A stretch of DNA of 64,000 nucleotides, taken from positions 2,138-66,137 of the forward strand of contig NZ_JAIERS010000019.1 in assembly GCF_019746665.1 (NCBI RefSeq), in the 5' to 3' direction. Position numbers and translations under genes: made by a program. The notes under the pieces were generated by a model that was not told where the DNA came from, ran no database searches, and worked only from the letters and a program-made list of their open reading frames with translations. The stretch comes from Sphingomonas sp. (GTDB lineage Bacteria; Pseudomonadota; Alphaproteobacteria; Sphingomonadales; Sphingomonadaceae). Shown piece by piece: positions 1 through 10,010 of the stretch. The stretch's first letter is position 1, and each line of letters begins with the position of its first letter.

Positions 1-350
1 GTAGCGGCCTCAATCGGGTGAAGCCCAACGAATATGCGGTCGCGCGCCAGGCGCCGCTGGTGATCCCGCCCGATTACGCGCTGGTGCCGCCCAAGCCCGG
101 CGCGCCACGGCCGCAGGACCAGAACCCCAACACGCTCGCGCTCGAAGCGCTGTTCGGCGGCCCGGTGCAGCGCCCGGCGGGCGAAGCGGCAGTGGTGGAA
201 GCCGCGGGCGGCGATCAGATCGCGCCCGGCGTGCGCTCGGAAGTCGGCGATCCCAAGACCCAGGTGGTCGACAAGGGCGCGACCACGCGCGATATCGTCG
301 CCGCACCCGAGGGGGACGGCCAGGCCGCGCGGACCAAGACGCCGCAATAA
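1..350 (+). CDS. DUF3035-like lipoprotein, C-terminal part (5' end lies outside the window)
   Basis: Frame 3 is open from the window edge (..SGLNRVKPNEYAVARQAPLVIPPDYALVPPKPGAPRPQD..). The motif pattern is recalled from DUF3035-type proteins. Stop at 348-350. Confidence 0.5.
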   Translation, partial: SGLNRVKPNEYAVARQAPLVIPPDYALVPPKPGAPRPQDQNPNTLALEALFGGPVQRPAGEAAVVEAAGGDQIAPGVRSEVGDPKTQVVDKGATTRDIVAAPEGDGQAARTKTPQ

Positions 351-468
351 GCGCGCGGGCGCTCGCCGGCAGGCCCGGCGGCCCGCGTCGCGCCATATCG
401 TCTTTCTCTGAAGCGGCGCGGGTTGAATTCGCCGCGCCGATGGGAAGCACTTGGCCATGGCCAGCCCT

Positions 469-560
469 CCCCGGCGAAGGCCGGGGCCCAGTCTCGCGCG
501 GTGGTAAGGGAAGCGAGACATATCAATCAGCGCGCTGCTGGACCCCGGCTTTCGCCGGGG
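469..560. repeat. REP-like composite: two inverted CCCCGGC-N4-GCCGGGG hairpins 56 nt apart
   Basis: 469-486 is CCCCGGCGAAGGCCGGGG and 543-560 is CCCCGGCTTTCGCCGGGG. The same unit recurs at 8466-8556. Confidence 0.7.
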
Positions 561-638
561 AAGCGGTGATCGTCGCGGCGGCACGCGCGTGCCGGTCGGG
601 ACGGGTGCGCCAAGCCCACGGATTTGACGCGCGAGGCC

Positions 639-1640
639 CTAACGCCGCCGCCCCTGGCGCGCGACCGCGATGCAGGCGGCGGCGGCGGTGACATCGGGGC
701 CGCCCGCCATCAGCCGGCGCTCGGCGGCGCGCAGATGATCGATCGCCGCCGCCAGCCGCTCGGGCGCCCAGTGGCGCAACGCGGCCAGAGTCGCCGCGCG
801 TTCCTTGAAGAAAACCCGCTCGGCAAGCGCCTCCGCCCGCGCGCCCGCCGCGACCTCGGCGCGCAGTTCGGCGAGCGTGATCAGCCGCCGCACCAGCGCG
901 CGCAGCAACGGGATCGGCGAGGTGCCCGCCTGTTCGAGCCGCGCGAGTTCGGCGCCCAGCCGGTCGGGCGCACCCGCCACGGCCGCCTCGATCGCGTCAC
1001 CCAGCTCGACCTCGCCCAGATCGGCGCCAAGCTGATCGACCACCGCCTCGCTCAGCGCTTGTGGCTGATCGGGCGACGCATCGAGGAACAGCGCGAATTT
1101 TTCGAGCTCGCGGCTCAGCACCGCGCGGTCCGCCCCGGCCGCCGCCGCGAGCCGGCCCGCCAACCGGGGATCGATCCGCAGGCCAAGGCTCTGGCCGATT
1201 TCGATCGCCACCCGGTCCGCCGCGGCGCCCTCGGGCAGATAGCAGGCGAAGGCGAGCGCGCGCGGATGCGCCTGCGCCGCTTTCACCAGCTTGCCGGTCG
1301 ACTTCACCCCCGGCGCGATCGCGACCACCGGATTGCCCGCGACCGGCGCGTTCAGCAGCAGCTCGATCGCCTCCAGGCTCTCCTCGCCCACCGCGTTCAC
1401 CCGGATGAAGCGCGCGCCGCCGAACAGCGACAGCGCCGCCGCTTCCCCGGCGAGCAGCCCGGGATCGCCCTTCAGTTGCGCCCCCTCCAGATCGACCCGC
1501 TCGGCGTCCGCGCCCATCGCGCGGGCGAGCTGTCGCGCGAACTCGCGCGCGCTGGCCTCGTCGGGGCCGTGGAGCAGGAACAGCCGCGTCGCCCCGGGCT
1601 TGTCGAGCGCGGCGCGGAGCTGGGCGAGGCTTGCTTTCAC
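639..1640 (-). CDS. holA: DNA polymerase III delta subunit
   Basis: 333-aa ORF (GTG start) beginning ..LFLLHGPDEASAREFARQL... It sits in the conserved leuS-lptE-holA order. Confidence 0.75.
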   Translation of the reverse strand: MKASLAQLRAALDKPGATRLFLLHGPDEASAREFARQLARAMGADAERVDLEGAQLKGDPGLLAGEAAALSLFGGARFIRVNAVGEESLEAIELLLNAPVAGNPVVAIAPGVKSTGKLVKAAQAHPRALAFACYLPEGAAADRVAIEIGQSLGLRIDPRLAGRLAAAAGADRAVLSRELEKFALFLDASPDQPQALSEAVVDQLGADLGEVELGDAIEAAVAGAPDRLGAELARLEQAGTSPIPLLRALVRRLITLAELRAEVAAGARAEALAERVFFKERAATLAALRHWAPERLAAAIDHLRAAERRLMAGGPDVTAAAACIAVARQGRRR

Positions 1641-1670
1641 GATCGCATCGCTAGCGCCGGGCGGGGCGCA

Positions 1671-2168
1671 TCACGGCCGCCGCTGTTGCTGGCGATTGGC
1701 GTAGAGCGCGACGCGCGCCACGATCTGATCGGCGACGGTCTTGGAAAGCCGCTCGAGCTGGGTGTTCTCGGCGGCGATCGTCGCATATTCCGATCCCACC
1801 ACGTCGATACCCGCGTCCGATCCCGCGGTCGCGTCGAGCACCACTTGCCCGTTCGCCAGATCAATGAGCTGATAGCGCGCGCGCAGCACGCGGCGTTCGC
1901 GGGTGACGGTATCGTCACGGCGCACGCCCAGGCCGACGATGCGATCGTCGAGCTTCACTTCCAGCCGGTAAGCGGGGCTGCTCGGGGTCGCCTGGCCGAG
2001 CTGATCGCGCACCGCGTTGCTCACCAGATAGCCCGCCTGCCCCGCGATCGGCGCGACCTCGACCTGGGCGAGCGCCGCGCCCACCGGCCCGCGCGCGCCA
2101 TCGCCATAAAGCGGCCGCAGCCCGCAGGCGGCGAGCGCGAGGCAGGCGAGGAGCGCCAGCCGCCTCAT
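1671..2168 (-). CDS. lptE: LPS-assembly lipoprotein LptE
   Basis: Lipobox signal [16 protein letters not shown]. Its ATG overlaps the leuS stop (ATGA) and it lies between leuS and holA. Confidence 0.7.
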   Translation of the reverse strand: MRRLALLACLALAACGLRPLYGDGARGPVGAALAQVEVAPIAGQAGYLVSNAVRDQLGQATPSSPAYRLEVKLDDRIVGLGVRRDDTVTRERRVLRARYQLIDLANGQVVLDATAGSDAGIDVVGSEYATIAAENTQLERLSKTVADQIVARVALYANRQQQRRP

Positions 2169-4684
2169 GCGACGAGGTTCACCAGCCGATCGGGCACGAC
2201 GATGATCTTCCTGGGCGCCCGCCCCTCGAGCAGCCGCGCGACCTTGTCGGAGGCGAGCGCGGCGGCCTCGATCGCGGCCTTGTCGGTCCCGCGTGGCAAG
2301 GTGAGCGTGTCGCGCAGCTTGCCGTTCACCTGCACCGCGATCGTCACTTCGGCCTCGATCAGCAGCGCGGGGTCGGCCTCGGGCCAGGCGGCGTCGGCGA
2401 TCAGCCCGGTGTGACCGCGCAGTGCCCAGGCTTCCTCGGCCAGATGCGGCACCATCGGCGCGACGAGGCGGAGCAGCAAGTCGATCGCGGCATCGCGCGA
2501 GGCGCTGGGGCCGGCGCGCTCGATCGCATTGGTCAGCTCATAAGCGCGCGCGACCGCCTTGTTGAAGCCGAGCGATTCGATGTCGGCGGCCATGCCGGCG
2601 ATCGTCTGATGCACCTTGCGGTCGAGCGCTTCGTCGCGACCGGTGCCGGGCTCGCCGGGCTGGAACAGCCGCCACAGCCGCTGGACGAAGCGCCACGCGC
2701 CCTCGATCCCCGCTTCGCTCCATTCCAGATCGCGCTCGGGCGGCGAGTCGGAGAGCATGAACCAGCGCACCGCGTCCGCGCCATAGGCATCGAACATCGC
2801 GTCGGGGGCGACGACGTTCTTCTTGGACTTGGACATCTTGATCACCCGGCCGACTTCGACCGGCTGACCATTTTCCTTCGCGACCACCCGACCGTCGCGG
2901 CGCTCGATCTCGTCGGGGCCGAGCCAGCCGCCGCCCTCGGGCGCATCGGCGAGGCGATAGGTTTCGTGCGTCACCATCCCTTGCGTGAACAGCCCGGCGA
3001 AGGGCTCGGCCACGTTCAGCTGGCCGATATGGCGCAGCGCGCGCGTCCAGAAGCGCGCGTAGAGCAGATGCAGGATCGCGTGCTCCACCCCGCCGATATA
3101 CTGCCCCACCGGCAGCCACGCCTCGGCCTCGGCCCGGTCGAACGGCTTGTCGCCGGGCTGGCTGGCGAAGCGGATGAAGTACCAGCTCGAATCGACGAAG
3201 GTATCGAGCGTGTCGGTCTCGCGCGTCGCCGCGCCGCCGCAGCTGGGGCAGCTGACGTGCTTCCAGCTCGGGTGCCGATCGAGCGGGTTGCCGGGGATGT
3301 CGAAGCTCACATCCTCGGGCAGCACCACCGGCAGCTGGTCCTTGGGCACCGGCACCGCGCCGCACGCATCGCAGTGGATGATCGGGATCGGCGTGCCCCA
3401 GTAACGCTGGCGGCTGACGCCCCAGTCGCGCAGGCGATAGACGGTGCGCCCCTGCCCCCAGCCCTCGCCCTCGGCGCGCTGGATCACCGCGCGCTTGGCA
3501 TCCTCGATGTCCATCCCGTCGAGGAAGTGCGAGTTCACGATCGTGCCCGCGCCGGTATAGGCGGTGTCGCCGATGAATTCGGGCGCCTCGGTCGCGCCGT
3601 CCGAGACGACGCGCTTGACCGCCAGGCCATATTTGCGCGCGAAATCCAGGTCGCGCTGGTCATGCGCCGGCACCCCGAACACCGCGCCGCTGCCATAGTC
3701 CATCAGCACGAAATTGGCGATGTAGACCGGCAGCCGCCAGCTCGGATCGAGCGGGTGCGCCGCCGCGATGGCTAACTTATAGCCCTGTTTTTCCTGGGTT
3801 TCGATCTCGGCAGCACTCGTGCCGCCGCGCCGGCATTGCTCGGCGAACGCCGCCGCCGCCGGATCGGTCGCCGCCGCGGCTTGCGCGATCGGGTGATCGG
3901 CCGCGACCGCGACGAAGCTCGCGCCGAAAATGGTGTCGGGCCGGGTCGAGAACACCTCGACCTCGCCGCCGTCCGACAGCTTGAACCGGAACGCCAGCCC
4001 CTGGCTGCGCCCGATCCAATTCTCCTGCATCAGCCGAACCTTGTCCGGCCAATCCTTCAGCTCGCCGAGCCCCGCGAGCAGCTCGTCGGCGAAATCGGTG
4101 ATCTTCAGGAACCATTGGTTGAGCTTGCGCCGCTCGACCAGCGCGCCCGAACGCCAGCCGCGCCCGTCGATCACCTGCTCGTTGGCGAGCACGGTCATGT
4201 CGACCGGATCCCAGTTCACCGCCGATTCGCGGCGATAGACGAGGCCGGCGGCGAACAGATCGAGGAACAGCGCCTGTTCATGGCCGTAATAATCGGGCTC
4301 GCACGTCGCGAGCTCGCGGCTCCAGTCAATCGCGAGGCCCAGCCGCTTCAGCTGCTCGCGCATCGCCACGATATTGGCGCGCGTCCAGGCGCCGGGATGG
4401 ACTTTCTTTTCCATCGCGGCGTTTTCCGCCGGCATCCCGAACGCGTCCCACCCCATCGGGTGGAGCACCTCATACCCGCGCATCCGCAGGAAGCGGGTAA
4501 GCACGTCGCCCATCGTATAGTTGCGGACATGGCCGACATGAATCCGCCCCGAGGGGTAGGGAAACATCTCCAGCACATAGCGCTTGGGCTTGGGGCTGGC
4601 GCTGTCGGCCCTGAAGCTCTGGCGCTCTTCCCACACCCGCTGCCAGGCGGCATCGCCCTTCAGGAAATTGAAGCGGGACGCCAT
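2165..4684 (-). CDS. leuS: Leucine--tRNA ligase
   Basis: 839 aa with class I signatures: [17 protein letters not shown] (HIGH-type) and KMSKSKKN (KMSKS). Confidence 0.97.
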   Translation of the reverse strand: MASRFNFLKGDAAWQRVWEERQSFRADSASPKPKRYVLEMFPYPSGRIHVGHVRNYTMGDVLTRFLRMRGYEVLHPMGWDAFGMPAENAAMEKKVHPGAWTRANIVAMREQLKRLGLAIDWSRELATCEPDYYGHEQALFLDLFAAGLVYRRESAVNWDPVDMTVLANEQVIDGRGWRSGALVERRKLNQWFLKITDFADELLAGLGELKDWPDKVRLMQENWIGRSQGLAFRFKLSDGGEVEVFSTRPDTIFGASFVAVAADHPIAQAAAATDPAAAAFAEQCRRGGTSAAEIETQEKQGYKLAIAAAHPLDPSWRLPVYIANFVLMDYGSGAVFGVPAHDQRDLDFARKYGLAVKRVVSDGATEAPEFIGDTAYTGAGTIVNSHFLDGMDIEDAKRAVIQRAEGEGWGQGRTVYRLRDWGVSRQRYWGTPIPIIHCDACGAVPVPKDQLPVVLPEDVSFDIPGNPLDRHPSWKHVSCPSCGGAATRETDTLDTFVDSSWYFIRFASQPGDKPFDRAEAEAWLPVGQYIGGVEHAILHLLYARFWTRALRHIGQLNVAEPFAGLFTQGMVTHETYRLADAPEGGGWLGPDEIERRDGRVVAKENGQPVEVGRVIKMSKSKKNVVAPDAMFDAYGADAVRWFMLSDSPPERDLEWSEAGIEGAWRFVQRLWRLFQPGEPGTGRDEALDRKVHQTIAGMAADIESLGFNKAVARAYELTNAIERAGPSASRDAAIDLLLRLVAPMVPHLAEEAWALRGHTGLIADAAWPEADPALLIEAEVTIAVQVNGKLRDTLTLPRGTDKAAIEAAALASDKVARLLEGRAPRKIIVVPDRLVNLVA

Positions 4685-4688
4685 GATT

Positions 4689-5114
4689 TCAGCCCGGCAG
4701 CGCGGCGCGCCGCAGATCGCGGGCGCGGGTGAGGATCACGTCCTCCAGCTTCTGCGCGGTGGCGGCGCGGACCGGCGCATCGACCCACTGGCCGTCACGG
4801 TTGATCTGGCGCTGCACCGCGACGCGCACCGCGTCGGCGCGCAGATCCTGGTCGAGGATCGACACGGTCACCTTCACCCGTTCAGCCGGGGCGGCGGGGT
4901 TGGCGTACCAATCGGTCACGATCACGCCGCCGTTCGAATCGGTCTGCAGCAGCGGCATGAACGACAGCGTGTCGAGCGTCGCGCGCCACAGATAGCTGTT
5001 CACCCCGATCGTCGTCACCCGCGCGGAGGCAAGCTCGCCCCGTGGCCGGTCGCCCTTGCCGCAGGCGGCAAGCGGCAGCGAGGCAAGCAAAATCAGAGCA
5101 AGCGGGCGCAACAT
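4689..5114 (-). CDS. DUF3576-like lipoprotein
   Basis: Trimmed to [20 protein letters not shown] (lipobox). The remaining sequence, ..[20 protein letters not shown].., matches my recollection of DUF3576 proteins found next to leuS. Confidence 0.6.
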   Translation of the reverse strand: MLRPLALILLASLPLAACGKGDRPRGELASARVTTIGVNSYLWRATLDTLSFMPLLQTDSNGGVIVTDWYANPAAPAERVKVTVSILDQDLRADAVRVAVQRQINRDGQWVDAPVRAATAQKLEDVILTRARDLRRAALPG

Positions 5115-5300
5115 GGGGTTATCCTGCAAGAAAGGTCGCTCGCGCATCTATAGAAGCTCACCGTGGCGCCGCAAGCGCCAGCGCGGCCCGCGCCCGGTTG
5201 TGGGCTGCGCGCAACACTTGCAGGAAAAAAACGGTAACACTGGTGGCGCTGGCGAACCGATTGCGCCATATGTGTTTTGAGAGCGGATGGGAGTGTGAGC

Positions 5301-6011
5301 GTGAAGCAGCGCGCGATCCTGGCGGGTGCAGTGGCGGCGATCATCGCCGTCGGCACCGTCGCGCCCGCGCTCGGCGCCGCCGACAGCCCCAAGCCGCTGC
5401 CGATCGCCCGGCGCGACGCGGGAGTGATCGGCTTCACCCCGGCCTCCGCCGACCCGAAGCTCGCCGCGATGCTCGCCAAGGCGGGGATTGGTGGCACCGC
5501 GCTTGGCTTCACCCCCGCCGAATCGCGCCACGCCGACAAGGCGGTGACGGTGACCGTCGCGGTCCGTGCCCGGTCGAGCTTTGTCGTCCACGCCGCGCCG
5601 CGCGCGAGTGGCGATGTTGGCGCGGCGACGCCGAGCGCGGCGCCGGGCGTCGCCCCGATCGCTTATGATCTCGGCGTCTCGGTCGGCTGGCAGCGCTTCG
5701 CCCTGCCGCCCGAAAAGCCGGGCGAGTCGGGCAATGGCGGCATCGGCCTCATCGAAACCAGCGCCAGCCTGCCACCCAAGCGCCCCGCCCGGGTGCGCGT
5801 GGTGAACGACGGGCAGGTGATCAGCCGCGTCGGCCCCGATCCGTTGCCGCCGGTCGGCACGCTCGATGTCGGCGGCAGCTATCGGCTGACGCGCCATGTC
5901 GATCTCACCGCGGGCGTCCGCTACAAGGATCAGACCTACCGCATCGATCGCGGGCTCGACAGCCGGCGCGATAGCCAGGCGGTCTATATCGGCACCGCGC
6001 TCCGCTTCTGA
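5301..6011 (+). CDS. Hypothetical secreted or outer-membrane protein
   Basis: GTG start 7 nt after GGGAG. N-terminal hydrophobic segment AILAGAVAAIIAVGTVAPALGA. C-terminus ..AVYIGTALRF resembles a beta-barrel terminal strand. Confidence 0.45.
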   Translation: MKQRAILAGAVAAIIAVGTVAPALGAADSPKPLPIARRDAGVIGFTPASADPKLAAMLAKAGIGGTALGFTPAESRHADKAVTVTVAVRARSSFVVHAAPRASGDVGAATPSAAPGVAPIAYDLGVSVGWQRFALPPEKPGESGNGGIGLIETSASLPPKRPARVRVVNDGQVISRVGPDPLPPVGTLDVGGSYRLTRHVDLTAGVRYKDQTYRIDRGLDSRRDSQAVYIGTALRF

Positions 6012-6429
6012 CGAATTGCCGGCGCTGGCGGGGTGCAGCGCCTGGATTGGCCCGCGCGCGGCGCTTGACGCCGGACGCGATCCTACCAGCTGCTCCGCCA
6101 CAGGCTCAGTCGAACCACCTAACGTGCCAGCAAGATCGAGCGGCCCTGTTCGCCATTTCTTCAACACATCGGCACGATCCCGCATCAAAAAATGACGAAT
6201 TCATGACAAGAATTGTGAGAATGGCACAGTAAATGCCAATTTAACTGGCCGTGGTTGGTGACGAATTCGCGCTGCTGACCAAAATCTCCACCAACCTGAA
6301 CGAGCATTGCCAATCCCGTTCATGTTCACGACAGCTTTCACCCGGTAAATAACCCGGGTGAGCGACGAAGGGCCGGGATTTCCCCCTGTTGCCGGGCCTG
6401 ATGCTCACCTGCGTGACGAACGCTAGGTC

Positions 6430-6470
6430 GGCCCTCGTTCCATGCCCCCGGAGCGAGGGCCTTTCCTTGT
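6430..6470 (+). terminator. Terminator-like hairpin GGCCCTCG-N16-CGAGGGCC followed by TTTCCTTGT
   Basis: Perfect 8-bp GC-rich stem (6430-6437 / 6454-6461) followed by a T-rich tract. It lies in a 530-nt non-coding gap. Confidence 0.3.
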
Positions 6471-6540
6471 CCGGCCCCCAAAAGGCGGTCGCGATCGTCA
6501 CGCTGGCGTGTCGCGGGGCGAGCCCCTACATCGGCGCCGC

Positions 6541-7329
6541 ATGACCCTTCGCATCGCTTCCTGGAACATCAACTCGGTTCGCTTCCGCCTGGCGATCGTC
6601 GAGCGTTTCCTCACCGAGCAGGCGCCCGACATTCTGTGCCTGCAGGAAACCAAGACGATCGACGGCGAATTCCCGGCGGACGCCTTCCGCGCGCTGGGGT
6701 ACAAGCACATCGTCCTCCACGGCCAGCGGATGCACCACGGCGTCGCGATCGTCTCGCGCGTGCCGCTCGCCGAGGATGACCGGCTCGATTGGCAGGCGAA
6801 CAGCGAGGCGCGGCATGTCGGCGTGCGCCTGCCCGGCGGACTGCGGCTTGAAAATGTCTATGTGCCGGCGGGCGGCGACATTCCCGATCGCACGCTCAAC
6901 CCCAAATTCGGCCAGAAGCTCGATTTCCTCGAACGGATGACGCGCTGGTCCGAAAGCTTGAAGACGCCGACGCTGCTGGTCGGCGATTTCAACATCGCCC
7001 CGCTCGAATCGGATGTGTGGAGTCATAAGCAATTGCTCGACGTCGTCAGCCACACCCAGATCGAGGTCGAAACGCTCGGCCGGTTGCAGGCCGCGCATGA
7101 TTGGGTCGATCTCGGCCGGCGGTTCGTGCCCCCGCCGGCGCGGCTCTTCACCTGGTGGAGCTACCGCGCGAAGGACTGGGCGGCGTCCGATCGTGGCCGC
7201 CGGCTCGATCATATGTGGGCGAGCCCGCAAGTCGCGGCGGCGGCGACGAAGCACCAGGTGTTCGAGGATTGTCGCGGCTGGCTGAAACCCAGCGACCATG
7301 TGCCGATCCTGACCGAGTTCGCGCTGTGA
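6541..7329 (+). CDS. xthA: Exodeoxyribonuclease III
   Basis: MTLRIASWNINSVRFRL..ILCLQETK..LLVGDFNIAP..SDHVPILTEF is the typical ExoIII/APE family pattern. The start was trimmed from the track ORF at 6442. Confidence 0.9.
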   Translation: MTLRIASWNINSVRFRLAIVERFLTEQAPDILCLQETKTIDGEFPADAFRALGYKHIVLHGQRMHHGVAIVSRVPLAEDDRLDWQANSEARHVGVRLPGGLRLENVYVPAGGDIPDRTLNPKFGQKLDFLERMTRWSESLKTPTLLVGDFNIAPLESDVWSHKQLLDVVSHTQIEVETLGRLQAAHDWVDLGRRFVPPPARLFTWWSYRAKDWAASDRGRRLDHMWASPQVAAAATKHQVFEDCRGWLKPSDHVPILTEFAL

Positions 7330-7339
7330 GGAGCGGAAG

Positions 7340-8398
7340 ATGAGCGCGCGCGACACCGCCCGGGCGATCGACGCGCTGCGGCGCGGCTGGCCGATCGTGC
7401 TCGATCTGGCGAGCGGCCCCTTGTCGCTGCTGCCGATCGAAACCGCCGACGCGCGCCGGCTCGATGCCTTCGATCCCGAACATGTCGCGCCGGTGCTGCT
7501 CTCGGCCGGGCGGGCGGAGACGCTGAAGCTGAAGAATCAGCGCGCGGCCGGCGGCCCCGATTGCCCGGTGCTGGTCGAGCGCACGCCCTGGCTCGATTTC
7601 GACGCGGCGGTGGCATTGGTCGATCCCGCGCTCGATCTGAAACATCCGCTGCAAGGCCCCTATTACGCGCTGCCGCTCGCCGATCCCAATGGCGCGCGCT
7701 GGGCGCTGAAGCTGGCGACGCTCGCCGGGATGCTGCCGGGGTTCTTCGTGCTCGAAAGCGGCCTCGGCGAGGTGCGGCTGACGCCCGCCGACATCGAAGC
7801 GCATGAGGATGCCGAGCGGCTGGTGATCGCGGCGCGCGCGAAACTGCCGGTCGCGCGGGCCGAACATGCCGAGCTGGTCGCGTTCCGCAGCCCCGAAATG
7901 GCGGGCGAGCATGTCGCTTTGATGATCGGCACCCCCGATGGCGGGCCGCCGCTGGTGCGGCTCCACAGCGAGTGCCTGACGGGCGATGTGCTCGGCAGCC
8001 TGAAATGCGATTGCGGCCCGCAGCTCGATGCCGCGATCGCGCGGATCGCTGAGCATGGCTGGGGAGTGCTGCTCTATCTGCGCCAGGAAGGGCGCGGGAT
8101 CGGGCTGATCAACAAGCTGCGCGCCTATGCCCTGCAAGACCAGGGGTTCGACACGGTCGACGCCAACACGCGGCTGGGGTTCGCGGTCGATTCGCGCAAT
8201 TTCCGGGTCGCGGCGCGGATGCTGAAGCTGCTGGGGCAGGACGCGGTGCGGCTGCTCACCAACAATCCCGAGAAGGTCGCGCAATTGCAGGCGGCGGGGA
8301 TCGCAGTGGTGGAGCGGGTGCCGCACAAGCTGCCCCCCAACCCGCATAACGAGCGCTATCTGGCGACCAAGCGCGACCGCACGGGCCACGCTTTCTAG
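7340..8398 (+). CDS. ribA: GTP cyclohydrolase II with ~155-aa N-terminal extension
   Basis: The C-terminal half has VRLHSECLTGDVLGSLKCDCGPQL..YLRQEGRGIGLINKLRAYALQDQGFDTVDAN. Confidence 0.9.
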   Translation: MSARDTARAIDALRRGWPIVLDLASGPLSLLPIETADARRLDAFDPEHVAPVLLSAGRAETLKLKNQRAAGGPDCPVLVERTPWLDFDAAVALVDPALDLKHPLQGPYYALPLADPNGARWALKLATLAGMLPGFFVLESGLGEVRLTPADIEAHEDAERLVIAARAKLPVARAEHAELVAFRSPEMAGEHVALMIGTPDGGPPLVRLHSECLTGDVLGSLKCDCGPQLDAAIARIAEHGWGVLLYLRQEGRGIGLINKLRAYALQDQGFDTVDANTRLGFAVDSRNFRVAARMLKLLGQDAVRLLTNNPEKVAQLQAAGIAVVERVPHKLPPNPHNERYLATKRDRTGHAF

Positions 8399-8465
8399 CG
8401 CTTGATGCGCGTCATGCGCTCGCCCGGCCTGACGGAGAAGGGCGTGCTGACGAGGCTAACTTCTT

Positions 8466-8556
8466 CCCCGGCGAACGCCGGGGTCCAGTATCCCCCGGAG
8501 CGACGGGAGCACGACACATGCCGCGGCCCGCCGCTAGGCCCCGGCCTTCGCCGGGG
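8466..8556. repeat. REP-like composite, second copy: two inverted CCCCGGC-N4-GCCGGGG hairpins 55 nt apart
   Basis: 8466-8483 is CCCCGGCGAACGCCGGGG and 8539-8556 is CCCCGGCCTTCGCCGGGG. The orientation pattern matches 469-560. Confidence 0.7.
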
Positions 8557-8651
8557 AAGGTGTGAACGGAAACCGGGGATGGCATGATCACGATCAAATA
8601 CCGCGAATAGGGCGCACCCGATCCAGCGCGCGCGGCACGACACGAACCGCG

Positions 8652-9323
8652 CTAGTCCGCCAATCCCAACAAGCGCGCCACCTCGCCGAAGTCATGCGCG
8701 ATCGCCTGCACGCCTTTCGCGCGCAGCACCTCGTCATGTCCCACCCCGCAATGCGTCGCGGCGCACAGCCCGATCACATAAGCACCCGAAGCCACCGCGC
8801 CGGTCGCGCCGATCGGCGAATCCTCGATGATCGCGCACGCCGCGATCGGCACGCCGAGCCGGGCGGCGGCGTGGAGATACAGGTCCGGCGCGGGCTTGCC
8901 GCGCGTCACATGCTCGCGGCCTGAATAAAGGTGCGGCGCGAACGCCTCGAACAGGCCGATATGGCGCAGGTGCCGCTCGATCCAGGCGGTGCGGCTTGAC
9001 GAGGCGATGGCGCGCGGCAGCGACGGCGGCAGCGACCGGACGAAAGCGACCGCGCCCGCCACCGGATCAATCCCTTCGGCGACTACCCGCGCATCCTCCG
9101 CCGCGCGCGCCTCGGCGAAATCATCGGGCAGCGGGCCGCCGATCCAGCGCTCGATCGCGCCGGTGAAGTCCGCGCCCGACAGCCCCATGAAGCGCGCCAT
9201 CGCCTGTTCGGGCGTGGTCGGATGGCCGCGCGCGGTGAGATACTCGGCGATGTGACGGTTGCCGGCGAACTCGCTTTCGATCAGCACGCCGTCGAAATCG
9301 AAGATCAGCGCTCGCGGGGTCAC
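8652..9323 (-). CDS. HAD-IA family hydrolase
   Basis: GTG start gives VTPRALIFDFDGVLIESE (DxDG motif). The start overlaps the yggS stop (GTGA). Confidence 0.8.
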   Translation of the reverse strand: MTPRALIFDFDGVLIESEFAGNRHIAEYLTARGHPTTPEQAMARFMGLSGADFTGAIERWIGGPLPDDFAEARAAEDARVVAEGIDPVAGAVAFVRSLPPSLPRAIASSSRTAWIERHLRHIGLFEAFAPHLYSGREHVTRGKPAPDLYLHAAARLGVPIAACAIIEDSPIGATGAVASGAYVIGLCAATHCGVGHDEVLRAKGVQAIAHDFGEVARLLGLAD

Positions 9324-9988
9324 GCGCGCGCGCCGAACAGCGCGGTGCCGACGCGCACCTGCGTCGCGCCGATCATCACCGCGGTCTCGAAATCGCCCGA
9401 CATGCCCATGCTGAGGCCGGCGAGCCCGTGGTCCTCGGCCAATTTTGCGAGCAGCGCGAAATAGGGCGCGGGCTCGCGATCGGCGGGCGGGATGCACATC
9501 AGCCCGGCGACGGGCAGCTCCGCCGCGCGCGCCTCGGCGAGCAGCGCGGGCAGCTCGGCGGTGGGAGCGCCGCCTTTTTGGGGTTCGTCACCGATATTCA
9601 CCTGCACGAAACAGGCCGGGCGCCGGTCCGCCTTGTCCATCGCCCGGGCGAGCGCGGTGACGAGGCTGGGGCGGTCGACCGAATGGATCGCGTCGAACAG
9701 CGCGACCGCCTCGGCCGCCTTGTTCGATTGCAACTGGCCGATCAGGTGGAGCTGGGCGTCGGGTGCGCCCTCGCGCAGCGCCGGCCATTTCGCGGCGGCC
9801 TCCTGAACGCGGTTCTCGCCGAACACGCGCTGCCCGGCGGCGATCAGCGGCGCGATCGCCTCGGCCGGGTGAGTCTTGGAAACGGCGATCAGCGTCACCG
9901 CATCGGCGGCGCGGCGGGCGAGCTTGGCGGCGTGGGCGATCCGCGCCTGAATGGCGGCGAGGCGCGCGGCGGGGCTGGGTTCGGTCAT
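9320..9988 (-). CDS. yggS: YggS-family pyridoxal-phosphate homeostasis protein
   Basis: MTEPSPAARLAAIQARI..LIAVSKTHPAEAI..GENRVQEA is the family pattern. Trimmed from the track start at 10099. Confidence 0.85.
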   Translation of the reverse strand: MTEPSPAARLAAIQARIAHAAKLARRAADAVTLIAVSKTHPAEAIAPLIAAGQRVFGENRVQEAAAKWPALREGAPDAQLHLIGQLQSNKAAEAVALFDAIHSVDRPSLVTALARAMDKADRRPACFVQVNIGDEPQKGGAPTAELPALLAEARAAELPVAGLMCIPPADREPAPYFALLAKLAEDHGLAGLSMGMSGDFETAVMIGATQVRVGTALFGARA

Positions 9989-10010
9989 CGCCGCTGCTAT
10001 AGGCAGGCGG

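Noticed and set aside
624-2414. The 596-aa plus-strand ORF, together with many similar long ORFs (for example 7148-8389 minus, 11406-12413 plus, 35001-36347 minus, 39495-40610 plus, 44682-45908 plus, 48849-50363 plus, 58367-59785 plus).
   Set aside because: They lie antisense to, or out of frame with, genes that have clear family signatures. Their translations are Arg/Gly/Ala/Asp/His-rich low-complexity strings typical of shadow ORFs in ~65-70% G+C DNA.
6285-6292. CTCCACCA, identical to the universal 3' end of tmRNA, raised the possibility of an alphaproteobacterial two-piece ssrA gene in the 6.0-6.5-kb gap.
   Set aside because: No T-arm (GGxxx-TTCRAnT-xxxCC) precedes it. No ANDN..AA-type tag reading frame was found on either strand. 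The 8-mer forms the 3' arm of a simple hairpin with 6253-6260.
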